The translations under genes were made by a program, and so were the position numbers. From Octopus sinensis (taxonomy: Eukaryota), in assembly GCF_006345805.1 (NCBI RefSeq), contig NC_043004.1, positions 34,224,001 to 34,288,000 on the forward strand: 64,000 bases of DNA, read 5' to 3'. Each line of letters starts with the position of its first letter. The stretch's first letter is position 1. Below are positions 51,950-64,000 of this stretch, in pieces. The notes beneath the pieces were generated by a model. It did no database searches. It was given only the letters and a program-made list of their open reading frames with translations, and had not been told where the DNA came from.

Positions 51950-52346
51950 TATATATATATAAAACTTCAATTATAAGTTGCCATTCTTTCTGTACCATCT
52001 CTATCTGCAAGACCAGTTTACACAAAAATTTGAAATGAAATCACGTAATGTTTGCGGTTGTAGACATTAGAGAGGCACACTTGATCAAATTTGCATTGGG
52101 AATGTGTTGTTACAGTGCGAGATGTTCAGGCTTTGTTGTTAGGAGGAAATAAGAAAAGGAAAAAAATATCGAAAGTGTGGAGATATTGGATGAGTAAGAG
52201 GTGTAAATATTACGTGGAGGGGGGATCAAGAGGGTGGATATGCATAAGAATAGAAAGGAGAAAGGAGGGGAGGAAAACGAGTAGAAGACAAAAGGGAAGA
52301 AGAAGAAGAAGAAGAAGAAGAAAGGAAGAAGAAAAAATATAGAGAG

Positions 52347-52402
<56 letters not shown>

Positions 52403-52417
52403 GGATGGATATATATA

Positions 52418-53332
52418 TTGGGTCATTCCATAAATATTGCATTTTTTAATACTTTTATTTATCAAAATTAAGATAAACAAGTCCTTTTCTAATATAAAAT
52501 ACACTCCTGCATTTTCTACAATGCCCTTCCATCTATCTGGTAGACTTGCAAAGCCCCTCTTCCAAAATTCACTTGCCTGTGATAAAAATACTCCTCCAAT
52601 ACTGTTTTGACCTCGTCTACAGAATTCGTATCTTTCCATCCAAATGATTTTCTAGCCTGCAGAATAAATGATAATCAGATGGGGAAATATCTGGCGAATA
52701 TGGTGGGTGGGGTATGGTTTCTCATTCAAACTGCTTCAGCCTTTGGAATGTCATTCATGTTGTATGTGGTTGAGCAATATCCTGATGGAAGAACACTTTT
52801 CGTCTTGAAACCAAAGATGGTCGTTATTCTTCTAGTGCAGGTGTTGATGAATGTTTGCATGTCCAAATCCAAAGTTCTTTGCTAGTTCCTCAACAATTAC
52901 GATGGGATTTTGTTCCACCAAGGTTTGCAGGATGTCCTCGGTGAGCTCAAAAAATCTTCCAGAATGAGACTAATCTTCTAGCTTGTAGTTTCCGGCTCAG
53001 AATTTCTGGAACCACTGTTGACACTAGCTTACACTTATTATCCGATCCCCAAATACTGCATTAATATTCTTTGCACTTTCCATTGCATTGTTGCCTTTAT
53101 TGAATTCATAAAGCAAAATATGCTGAATATGCCTCTTCGTCACTTCCATTATAACTTTTAAAAAATAACTGTTAATATCGAAATGCACTCTTTAAAATTT
53201 GCCCTAAGAATAAGTACAAGGTAAAATTACTATCTGCTTTTATAGCAAGTTGATGCAGGTAGTTTATTCCCTCTCCCTCTGACTTTTAGTTCATGCAATT
53301 GAAAAAATTGCATTATTTATGGGACGACCCAA
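52418..53332 (-). mobile_element. Mariner element with internal deletion
   Basis: TA TSDs; TIRs ttgggtcattccataaatattgca / tgcattatttatgggacgacccaa; MEVTKRHIQHILLYEFNKG.. and HPPYSPDISPSDYHLF..RGFASLPDRW. Confidence 0.95.
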
Positions 53333-54153
53333 TACATATATATAAGTACATATACATACATATATAAATATGTGTATATAAGTATGTACATTTGATGAGT
53401 ATATCTATACAAATGAGTGCAAAAATGATGTATGTGTGTGTCTGTCAAATATGCGTAAACAGTGCGTGTTGACCATAGAGTTAGCCATAAAATGTGTTAT
53501 CATGTGAAAGATACTGAATAACTCTATATAACAATGCATATATACACATATGTATATGTATTCATGTATGTATATAATCATATTCATATTTACATATGTA
53601 TATATTCACTTTACACAAAACAGCATGAAAATGGAATAATTCAATATCCAAAAACAATCTTTGTTTGAAGCTTGTGACCAGCTGAAGAATGAATCTTATG
53701 GTGTAAGCTAAATTCTAACCAAAACATGATCGCTACCAGAACAAACTGCTTCTAGCTTATCAGCTGACATTAGGTTCCATTTAACATTGTTGTCCTACTG
53801 AGTGACCAAAATATATAGCAATGAAGAAAACACATTAAGTTACAAAGATATAAGCAGCATTCTGTATAATGGTAAGAGTAAATGGAATCTAATATATTCT
53901 TGTAGCATCAATGCTGTTTTGTTGAGAACATCAGGAATGACACTGAGGTTTATTTCACAGCAAGACTTATGTTTCAGGCATAATTCAGCCTACTTAATGC
54001 ATGCATACATTATACACATGCACGTGTGAATGTGTGTTTGTGAATGTATGTGCATTTGTATGTATGACTGTGAGTGTGTGTGTGTGTCTGTGTATATACA
54101 TACATATATATATATTTATGCATACACATATATAAATATATATGCATCAATTT

Positions 54154-54185
<32 letters not shown>

Positions 54186-54650
54186 GTCTATTCACCTAAA
54201 GTTACCTTCATGCTCATTATACGATGTCTGTCCAAAAATAAACTGAGCTTTTCAAAAATAAAGTGTCAAGCATGCAGCAGAGCTTGCTTTTGGCAGCAGT
54301 TCTGGGAATAGGTGAGATTGACCTTTGGCCAAAGAATAACCAAATCATGCCATGTCAGTTAGACTTAAATCTACTCCTGTTAGAGTAAACATGTTTTTTT
54401 TTCTTTTGTTGTGCACTTGGCAGTTTGTTGAAAGATGTCTTTGAATGTCCTGGTTGTGCCCTAGCAGGGATTTGGAAGCACCACATGTTTGCTTCACATT
54501 CAGCATCATATTAGGGGGTAAAATATTTACAGAATTTTCCAATGCAGTCACAGGTCTGTGGAACATATTGCTACAGGCACCGTATACAATGTCATGATTG
54601 GAACATGTGTTTCAAAACAAGAATAATCAAATCTGGACTACCGTCTATAA

Positions 54651-54875
54651 CAGGGGTGGGCGAACTTTTTTCATCGCGGGCTGCACAGTGCATCTTTGGA
54701 ACCTTGGCGGGCCTCATTTATAAAAATCAAGTGAAAATATTGTGAATTACCGTACAACTGAAACAGTTACGAAGTATCTGCATAGAAGTTGGGATTCATA
54801 AAAGCTCTCGGCGGACCACATGAAAACCTATAGTGGGCCGCATGTGGCCCGCGGGCCGTAGTTTTCCCACCCCTG
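54651..54875. mobile_element. hAT MITE (225 bp)
   Basis: TIRs caggggtgggcgaact / agttttcccacccctg; perfect 8-bp TSD gtctataa. Confidence 0.95.
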
Positions 54876-55191
54876 GTCTATAACAACAGATTGTGACCAC
54901 ATTACAAAAGTCTGCTCTGTGATCTGTGAGACACATTGCCTGACTCTCTGTGCAGTTTTGGAAGAAATAATCGTCTACTCAACTCATTTTAACATTTTAA
55001 TCAGGGGAGAAGTTAATGCCCATACCTCATTACAGGGGCTTTGAGGCTGGCACAAAATAGGGAGGCTGGTATCCTCAAAGTGTAAACCTGGCCTATATGT
55101 TAGAAACAGAGTAGACATCATAAAAGGTATCCAAGGTACCAGGTGATGGATTTAAACTGGGTAAAAGATTCAGTCTACCATGTCTATAGAC

Positions 55192-55439
55192 CAGTGGCTT
55201 CCAACCACTTTTTACCAACAGACCCCTTTGGTTTCTATTTTTCTCTACAGGATCCTCAAAGCCATTCAATATTTAACAATCCAATTATATCTTTATAATT
55301 AAATATTATTAGAAATTGTATAATAAATTGCGAAAATATTTTGAGAACTACAGAAGTAAAAGCAAATTAGTTCCCATAAATTGAATAAAATATTATATGA
55401 ACACCCAAGGGTCATATGACACCTGGTTGAGAACCACAG
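55192..55439. mobile_element. hAT MITE (248 bp), different family
   Basis: TIRs cagtggcttccaacc / ggttgagaaccacag; TSD ctatagac / atatagac. Confidence 0.8.
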
Positions 55440-55779
55440 ATATAGACCATGGTGGAATTTGAACTCAGAATGCAAGGAGCCATGAGAGATACCACAAAGC
55501 ATCTATCCCACTGTTCTTGCATTTGTCTGTGGAATACTCAGCCACTTACACGTTAATTACATGAGCAGGCTGTTCTGTTGATCGAATCAACTGGATCATT
55601 CATTGTCCTAATCACCAAAGTGCCAGTTCATATAAAGAGATGCAGCATGGAAGTTTTTGTTAGTGAACAGCTCCTGGTTTCAAAGCGGCTAAAATATTTT
55701 GACACAAATTAAATTTAAATGTTGAAGTGAATCTAACGGTTTTTGTCTTCTTAAATGGCTTGTAAATATCTGCAATTAT

Positions 55780-56130
<351 letters not shown>

Positions 56131-56399
56131 CTAATGTCATGTATAAAGCACCAACCAATCGTAACTGACGACAGTACCCCATGACTGGCTCCTGTGTTGG
56201 CAACAGATCCAATCCATCACTGGAACTGTAAGAATCTGTAAAACTTTCCAGAAATTTATCATTTAAATGTATATGAGCATGTCCTAGATATGCAACTCTA
56301 TGCATGAGAATACATACATAAAGAAAAATATATTAATCTGCATTTATACATACATACATACATACATACATACATACATACACACATACAAAAATATCC

Positions 56400-56504
56400 T
56401 GCTGATGTTAAAATTCCAATGAAGTAGACTTGGATCTAGGTTAGAAACCGATTCTGTCTCTACTGGCAAGAAATCTTGAAATAAAACTGAATAATGACAT
56501 ACAT
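56400..56504 (+). mobile_element. Short (CATA)n-associated element, copy 1
   Basis: Matches 61188-61300. Confidence 0.65.
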
Positions 56505-57030
56505 TTATGACTATGTGGAGAAGATAGCCGTAAAATAGTTACCATCCTGGAAAAATTATATTCGACTAAATTTGAATTTATTAAATTCTTCTGCCACAAA
56601 CCTCAAATTCTTAGGGTTTTAAAATAAAAATATTCAATATATTCAACCAGAATTTTAATAAATGAATTAAAACTTGAAATATTTCCATTTTGAATATTCA
56701 ATGTAAATTAGTTTTAAATAAGTTATGGACATCAAACAGCAAGAATCATTTGTTAGAGTACAAAGTACACTGATCATTGTTTATCACATAAATATTGAAA
56801 TTGATATTATGAGGAAGTGACTTGGAAATTTTCTACAAATAATGTTGAAATTATTCTTTCATTAGGCACGAGGAAATTCATTTCTGAATACATACTCAGT
56901 ATGTACTTTACACACACACACATACACACACATACACGCACATGCACACATTATTCTTTCACAAGTGCTGACAGTAACTTTGAAGTTCCAGCTGTCTACA
57001 AGAAGTTTTGAGTACTTTTCAGCTTAATTC

Positions 57031-57600
57031 CTTTACTGTTTTGTTTGTTTCAGTCATTTGACTGTGGCCATGCTGGAGCACTGCCTTTAGTTGAACAAAC
57101 CAACCCTAGGACTTATTCTTTGTAAGCCTAGTACTTATTCTATCGGTCACTTTTGCTGAACCACCAGGTTATGGGGACATAAACACACCAACATTGGTTG
57201 TCAAGCAATGATGGGGGGACAAACACAGACACACAAACATATATATATATAAGTATATGTATATATATATATATATATATATAAAACCCATGCATTGTCC
57301 AACCCATAGTAGCATGGAAAACGGATGTTAAACGATGATGATGATGATGATGATGAGATATATATATATATATATATATATACAACAGGCTTCTTTCAGT
57401 TTCTATCTCCTAAATCCATTCACAATAATCTTAACAAAATAATGTTTTTAAATAACACATACATATATGTACACAGACACACACACATACGTATACAGAA
57501 AAGGCTTCTTCCAGTTTCCATCAACTAATTTCACTCACAAGGTATTGGTCAACCTGTGGCTATATTAGAGGACACCAACCAACACCAACAACACACGCAG
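57031..57600 (-). mobile_element. SINE family B interrupted in its microsatellite by an RTE 3' tail
   Basis: Tail half 57031-57280, RTE tail ~57285-57355, head half ~57384-57600. Confidence 0.75.
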
Positions 57601-58624
57601 AGGCTAAACACCTGACCACAAGGTTCCAAAGCAAACGTTTTGGTTACATTCGACTCTACCTAATACACACACACATACACACACACACACATACACATGC
57701 ACACGCACACACAAATACACACGCACACACACCCACACACACGTACATATACAGTTTGGTGAATGTATTAATGAGTTAATTATTAAACATTTTACATGTT
57801 TGTGTTTTATGTTGCCAATTTTCATTAACTTCGTTTGCTTATTGTTTAACTCCTACAAAGAATCTTTCCCTCTTATTCTTTAAATTAATAGCACCTGCTG
57901 TTTAGAGCAAGATTTATCTTGCAAACCATTTTAACCAGCGCATCAAACATTAGGCTTTCTCAATTTTGCCTTTATGTCACCAATAAAAGAATCAAACTAA
58001 ATTTCAAAATTCTAATTGTAATTTGTAATCTCACAGATTTAATTGCAATTCTTCACAACAAAGGTTTCTAAGTCCCAATATGCAGATTCTACCTGGCCTT
58101 TCTTCTCTCTCAGTAGCAGCTTATTTGGCCAATTTACACGAACAATTGTGAAGCTGTTAACTGTGTAATAGCAGCTGCAAACACACATGGATAATAAATA
58201 AATGTTGAAACATGTATACAAGAGAATGCACAACAAATGCATCGCTGGCAATAGTTGGAATTAAGTGCTTTCGTTGAACAGCTGATGGATACCTTACCAA
58301 TGTAGCTACAGTTGGAATTGCAAAACAAGAGACTGCATTGGTTTGTATTTGCAGGAAGATGAATAAAATTAATAGCGAATATACAGAATATTGGTATTAT
58401 GAAGCCCAATGGAAAATACTTGGCTCCACTATGAAACAAAATATTTATTTTTTGTTTTAACGTTGGTCAGTTATTTTCTATTTCCTTCTATCTAGAAATC
58501 AAAGGAAATCGCTATCTTATTTCCTTAAAACATTAGCTTTTGTGACCTGGGCATCAATGTTTCGAAATTGACCTGTTTTCCATTACATTTCAGACACATT
58601 TGGCTCTGAGTTGCTGAAGCATAA

Positions 58625-58800
58625 ATATTGTTATAGAAAATATTCTGTTGAATACCACAGATTTACTTGTCAGCTGCTTGACCGTAACTGCTTGACCATG
58701 TCCTTTAGTGGCTGACAATATGTGCATCTCTAATCATGAGCAGGAGGAGTTGGGGAGCATCATAGCCATGTGTTGAAAGGGATTCTTTGGGGTTTCAATA
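58625..58800. mobile_element. Family E fragment in opposite orientation
   Basis: Reverse complement of ~25500-25680. Confidence 0.75.
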
Positions 58801-59207
58801 AATGTAACAAAAGCAAAGCTTGAAGGAAATTTTAGCCATTTTTCATAGTTTGTAGAGGTGAGCAAATAGGAAATGACTGTTGCTACCCAAGGAGAAAAAT
58901 CGTGTTACCCCTATGATCATGGGAGGGGAAAAACAATTTCTTATTCATGTTAACCTAATTAATAGAACAACTTGAAAACCTATCTTAATTGTGAGCATAA
59001 ACAAGGGCATCCAGCTGCTCAAGTGAACAAATAAATCATCCCTTTTCAACACAAAGGGGCTTGAAAAAGAAATGCTGGACATAGCAATAAAGACAGCAAT
59101 ATAGTATAAAGGCATGTTATTGTTGTAAAGGACAGGGAGAAAAAAGTCATGCATCATTTAGAAATTAGCTGCCAAGTAGATGCGAATGTATCTTCAAAGA
59201 TCCAGCC

Positions 59208-59610
<403 letters not shown>

Positions 59611-59646
59611 TAAAAAAAATATTTAAAAAAATTAAAAAATAAAAAT

Positions 59647-59816
59647 AAAAAAAAGAAAAGGAAAAGGAACAAAAGAAAAGAGAAATGAAAAAAGTGTTAT
59701 AACACTGATACATGATCCCTATTGATCGTTTTTTTTTTCCTCTTCCCCTTTTTCCCCCCTTTTTTCTTCTTTTTTCATTTCTCTTTTCTTTTGTTCCTTT
59801 TCCTTTTCTTTTTTTT
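59647..59816. repeat. Perfect 48-bp inverted repeat with 74-bp spacer
   Basis: 59647-59694 is the exact reverse complement of 59769-59816. Confidence 0.9.
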
Positions 59817-60025
59817 CTTTTTCTTTTTTTGTTTTTTATTTTATTTTCTTTTTGTTTTTTTTTGTTCTTTTCTTCCCTTTTAAGATCCCTCTTGATCGAA
59901 AACCTACGCCAGCCCCTTTTTTTTGTTTCTTTTGTTTTTTGTTTTTTTCATCCCCCAAAAGAAAAGCTCTACCGTGTAACTTGTCCCATCTGTGTGCAGC
60001 CCTGTGTAGCCAATAAAGAAACTTA

Positions 60026-60064
<39 letters not shown>

Positions 60065-60168
60065 CTATCTATCTATCTGTCTGTCTTTTCGTCTGTCTAT
60101 CTGTCTATCAATCTATCTATCTATCTATCTATCTATCTCTCTATCTATCTATCCTCTATCTATCTATC

Positions 60169-60213
<45 letters not shown>

Positions 60214-60744
60214 GTCTGTCTGTCCGTCTGTCTGTCTGTCTGTCTGTCTGTCTAACTTCTATGGAGAACTAATGAAGAAACTGTAAATCTTACAGGTTTT
60301 CATTTCTCCCTAATTTTTTTTTGTGCACTGGGCTTTGACTTTGCATAGAAACCTAGAAATATTTGGATTCTCCAAAAAAAAAAAAAAAAGGAGCACACTG
60401 ACTTGCACTCACTCAATACAATCGATCAGAGAAACAGCAAAACTTTGAGATTCCTGGGTGAAAATATGTATATAGTCACATATGCATATGGAATACATTT
60501 ACATAAACACATGGACAATGAGAAAAGATACACTCTTGTGCTTCATTGTGACTTGCACACCCATGCATGCAAGTTTATCCACACATACACACATGCATGC
60601 ATTTAGACATATTTCAAACAATCCAGGGAGTAACACGTCCTAAGAACTGTCTTGTCTTGAACAAGACAGCTTTGTCACTTTGTTTAGTAATCAAGGTTGA
60701 ATTCTGCCCAGGGAAAAGCTCAAAATAAATTCCAGAGAAACATT

Positions 60745-61128
60745 CATACATACATACATACATACGTACGTACGTAAATATATACATACATACGTACATA
60801 CATACATACATACATACATATGTACATACATGCATAGATACATACGTACATACATAATACATACATAATACATACATAACACGTACATACATACATACAT
60901 ACATACATACATACGTACACACGTACATCCATACATACATACATACATACATACATACATACGTACATACATACATAATACAAACATACGTACATCCATT
61001 CATCCATCCATCCATCCATACATACATACATGCATACACACACATACATACATACATACATGCATACATACATGCATACATACATACATACATACATGCA
61101 TACATACATGCATGCATACATACATACA

Positions 61129-61162
<34 letters not shown>

Positions 61163-61180
61163 CATACATACATGCATAAC
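60745..61180. repeat. ~430-bp (TACA)n array
   Basis: Direct reading. Confidence 0.95.
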
Positions 61181-61187
61181 CCGTTGA

Positions 61188-61300
61188 TGCTGTTGAAGTT
61201 CCAAATGAAGGAACCTTGGATCTAGCTTAGAAACTGGTTCTGTCTTTATTGGCAAGAAATCCTGAAATAAAACTGAATAATGGCATACATACAGACATAC
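61188..61300 (+). mobile_element. Short (CATA)n-associated element, copy 2
   Basis: Matches 56400-56504. Confidence 0.65.
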
Positions 61301-61670
61301 TTACCCATACATATACTTGAGAGTGTTCTTCTTGTTGTGTGTGTGTGTGTGTGTGTGTGTATGCATTCATACATAAGTGTGTGGAGTGTCTGTGCATAAA
61401 TCGATATCTATCTATCTCTCTTTTACAAACATATATATACATAAATGTATGCATGCATTTATGTATGTATTCATATGTATATGTATGTATATATGCATAT
61501 AATTACATGCACATACACACACATACATATGCATAAAAATGATATTGATTATATTTTTCTCATCTCATACACACACACACATCATGCACTTATATATACA
61601 CACACACATATATACGTGCACTATATATATACACACATATATATGTGCACTCTATATATATTTGCATATA

Positions 61671-61713
<43 letters not shown>

Positions 61714-62278
61714 TACACACTTAAATTATAATTATGTATATATAAAAATTATAAAGAATGTAATGTGTGATGTGTGTGCGTGTGTATGTATGTGAGTGCA
61801 TCAGTGTCTGTGTATGTATCTGTGTGTCTGTATATATATGTCTCTCTATATATACACTTGTACGTGGTTTCAAATCAATAAGTTCAATTTATTGTTATTA
61901 TATTTTTACAATTACAATGAAAATATCATTGCTGCACAAGTTCAATAACAATTGATAGATTTCAAAAGAATAAACTGATCACAACCTATGGTACTGTATA
62001 TATAAAGCTGCTGTAGGTACAGTAATAACATTAAATTACAATAATAACAGGATAATCTACATACAATAGCAACAGAATATATTATTATATTTTATTATAT
62101 TATAAGTAATACCATAGCATAAAAATATCGCATAATAAAGTCAGTAGATAGATATATTGATTTTTAAGAATAATACAAGGCCATAATGTTCTGTGGGAGG
62201 GTATAATTGATTAAATCAACCCCCAGCAATTGGCTAGTACTCACATGTATATGTATATGTATGTGTGTGTATACATAT

Positions 62279-62311
<33 letters not shown>

Positions 62312-62323
62312 CACGCACACTCA

Positions 62324-62385
<62 letters not shown>

Positions 62386-62721
62386 TATGTATATGTATAT
62401 GTATATATGTATGTACATATACATATATATATATATATATATGTATGTATATATCATCATCATCATCATCGTTTAATGATGATATATAATTACATATATA
62501 TATGTACATACATATATGTATATATATGTGTATATATATATATATGTGTGTGTGTATGTATACACACACATACATACACACACATGTATGTATGTATGTA
62601 TATAATTCAATACATATTTTCTTAATCTGAAACAAATGTACTTTAACAGAACTTGAGAAAATAAAATATATTATATATTTACGCAAATAACACAGACACA
62701 AATACACACACACATATGCAT

Positions 62722-62765
<44 letters not shown>

Positions 62766-63280
62766 TGTCATCACTGTTTTAACTTCTACTTTTCCATGTT
62801 TGCATGGGTCAAATGAGACCCATGGTATGAAACCCAAGCTAGAGTATTTGTACAGCTGGATGCTTTTCCTGATGCCAACCCTAACCTGTTTCCAAAAAGC
62901 ATAATAATCCTGCAGTCTATCAAACAATGACCAATGTTGCCATGGTTATGAGGAGGAGTGGAAACACACAATAGCCTTTGTATGAATGGTGAAGTTTTTT
63001 TTAATTTTTACAAAAATTGTAAAACATATCAAGAATTTTCTGCATGCTTTTGTGGTGGACTGTAAGCAAGTGCCACTGTTTATGGGAGGATTGTGCATAC
63101 AGTCAATGAACACACAGGAAGATGAGGAGAAATACATTCTCACTCACGCAAACATAATCTCACATGTACGTGCACACATGCACACATACAGCCACACAAA
63201 CACATAGTATATATATTACAGACCTCTTCAGATTCCATCTTCTATAGTGTGTGTATATGTGTTTAAAAGAATTTTTTTTA

Positions 63281-63678
63281 TTCGTTTCAGTCAACTGACT
63301 GTGGCCATGCTGGAGTACCGCCTTTAGTCAAACAAATCAACCCTAGAACTTATTCTTTGTAAGCCTAGTACTTATTCTATAGGCCTCTTTGCTGAACCGC
63401 TAAGTTACGGGGACATAAACACACCAGCATCAGTTGTCAAGTGATGTTGGGGTGGGGGTGTGGGGGGCAAACACAGACATACAAACACACACATATATAC
63501 ATATATATAGATATGACAGGCTTCTTTTAGTTTCTATCCCACCAAATCCACTCACAAGGCTTCGGTTGGCCTGAGGCTATAGTAGAAGACACTTGCCCAA
63601 GGTGCCACACAGTGGGACTGAACTCAGAACCATGTGGCTGGTAAGCAAGCTACTTACTACACAGCCATGCCAGCGTCT
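63281..63678 (-). mobile_element. SINE family B, full length
   Basis: As 17753-18158. Confidence 0.85.
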
Positions 63679-63710
63679 AAGGATAACATATATATACATA
63701 TATATATTTT

Positions 63711-63904
63711 TATATTAGAAGAAATGAGGTACTCAGAAATCTGGGTGGTTTTATATTTACAGATATTTATTAATATGTCACATGTTTTTATAAATCATAT
63801 ATCATATATTAGTGCTTTTGCCCACTCTAGTGGAGTCTTCAAATGGAAGATTCTGTAAATATAAAATCATCCAGATTTCTGAGTACCTCATTTCTTCTAA
63901 TATA
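63711..63904. mobile_element. Small MITE with 53-bp TIRs
   Basis: 63711-63763 and 63852-63904 are reverse complements (2 mismatches); TA-rich flanks. Confidence 0.85.
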
Positions 63905-63907
63905 TAA

Positions 63908-64000
63908 CTAGCAGTATCGCCCGGCGTTGCTCAGGTTTGTAAGGGAAATAACTATAAAGCATTTTTAGAGAGTTATAGCCAAAAAATAGCAAAAAAATGG
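63908..64000 (-). mobile_element. Helitron 3' end (same family as 42212), runs off window
   Basis: ctagcagtatcgcccggcgttgctc..; nearly identical to 42212-42305. Confidence 0.9.

Noticed and set aside
54424-54514. Strong acceptor followed by LLKDVFECPGCALAGIWKHH..stop
   Set aside because: No supported upstream exon or recognisable homology
58274-58460. Protein-like frame DGYLTNVATVGIAKQ..
   Set aside because: Other frames give NKRLHWF and MKPNGK, more like a decayed RTE 3' end; donor weak

Overview
AT-rich eukaryotic non-coding DNA with no prokaryotic features. The repeat families match my recollection of octopus (coleoid cephalopod) genomic repeats; this is an inference, not a database result. 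No protein-coding gene can be called with confidence. Almost all ORF-track entries are microsatellite or SINE read-through, and the protein-like ones are transposon relics: RTE LINE RT/EN pieces, a restriction-like-endonuclease (R4/Dong-type) C-terminus inside (TAA)n, a Penelope GIY-YIG domain, two mariners and a Buster/Charlie hAT transposase. The window also holds tRNA-derived SINEs, hAT and other MITEs, non-autonomous Helitrons and very long compound microsatellites. The most notable signal is a set of hammerhead ribozyme motifs in unrelated Penelope-like termini, one with an apparently intact fold at 17239-17332. Other highlights are a 164-bp, ~95% identical inverted duplication carrying a splice-site-flanked 27-nt unit, a possible chain of plus-strand micro-exons, and covarying 3' stem-loops in a SINE family. 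Coordinates of degenerate elements are approximate, read by eye.
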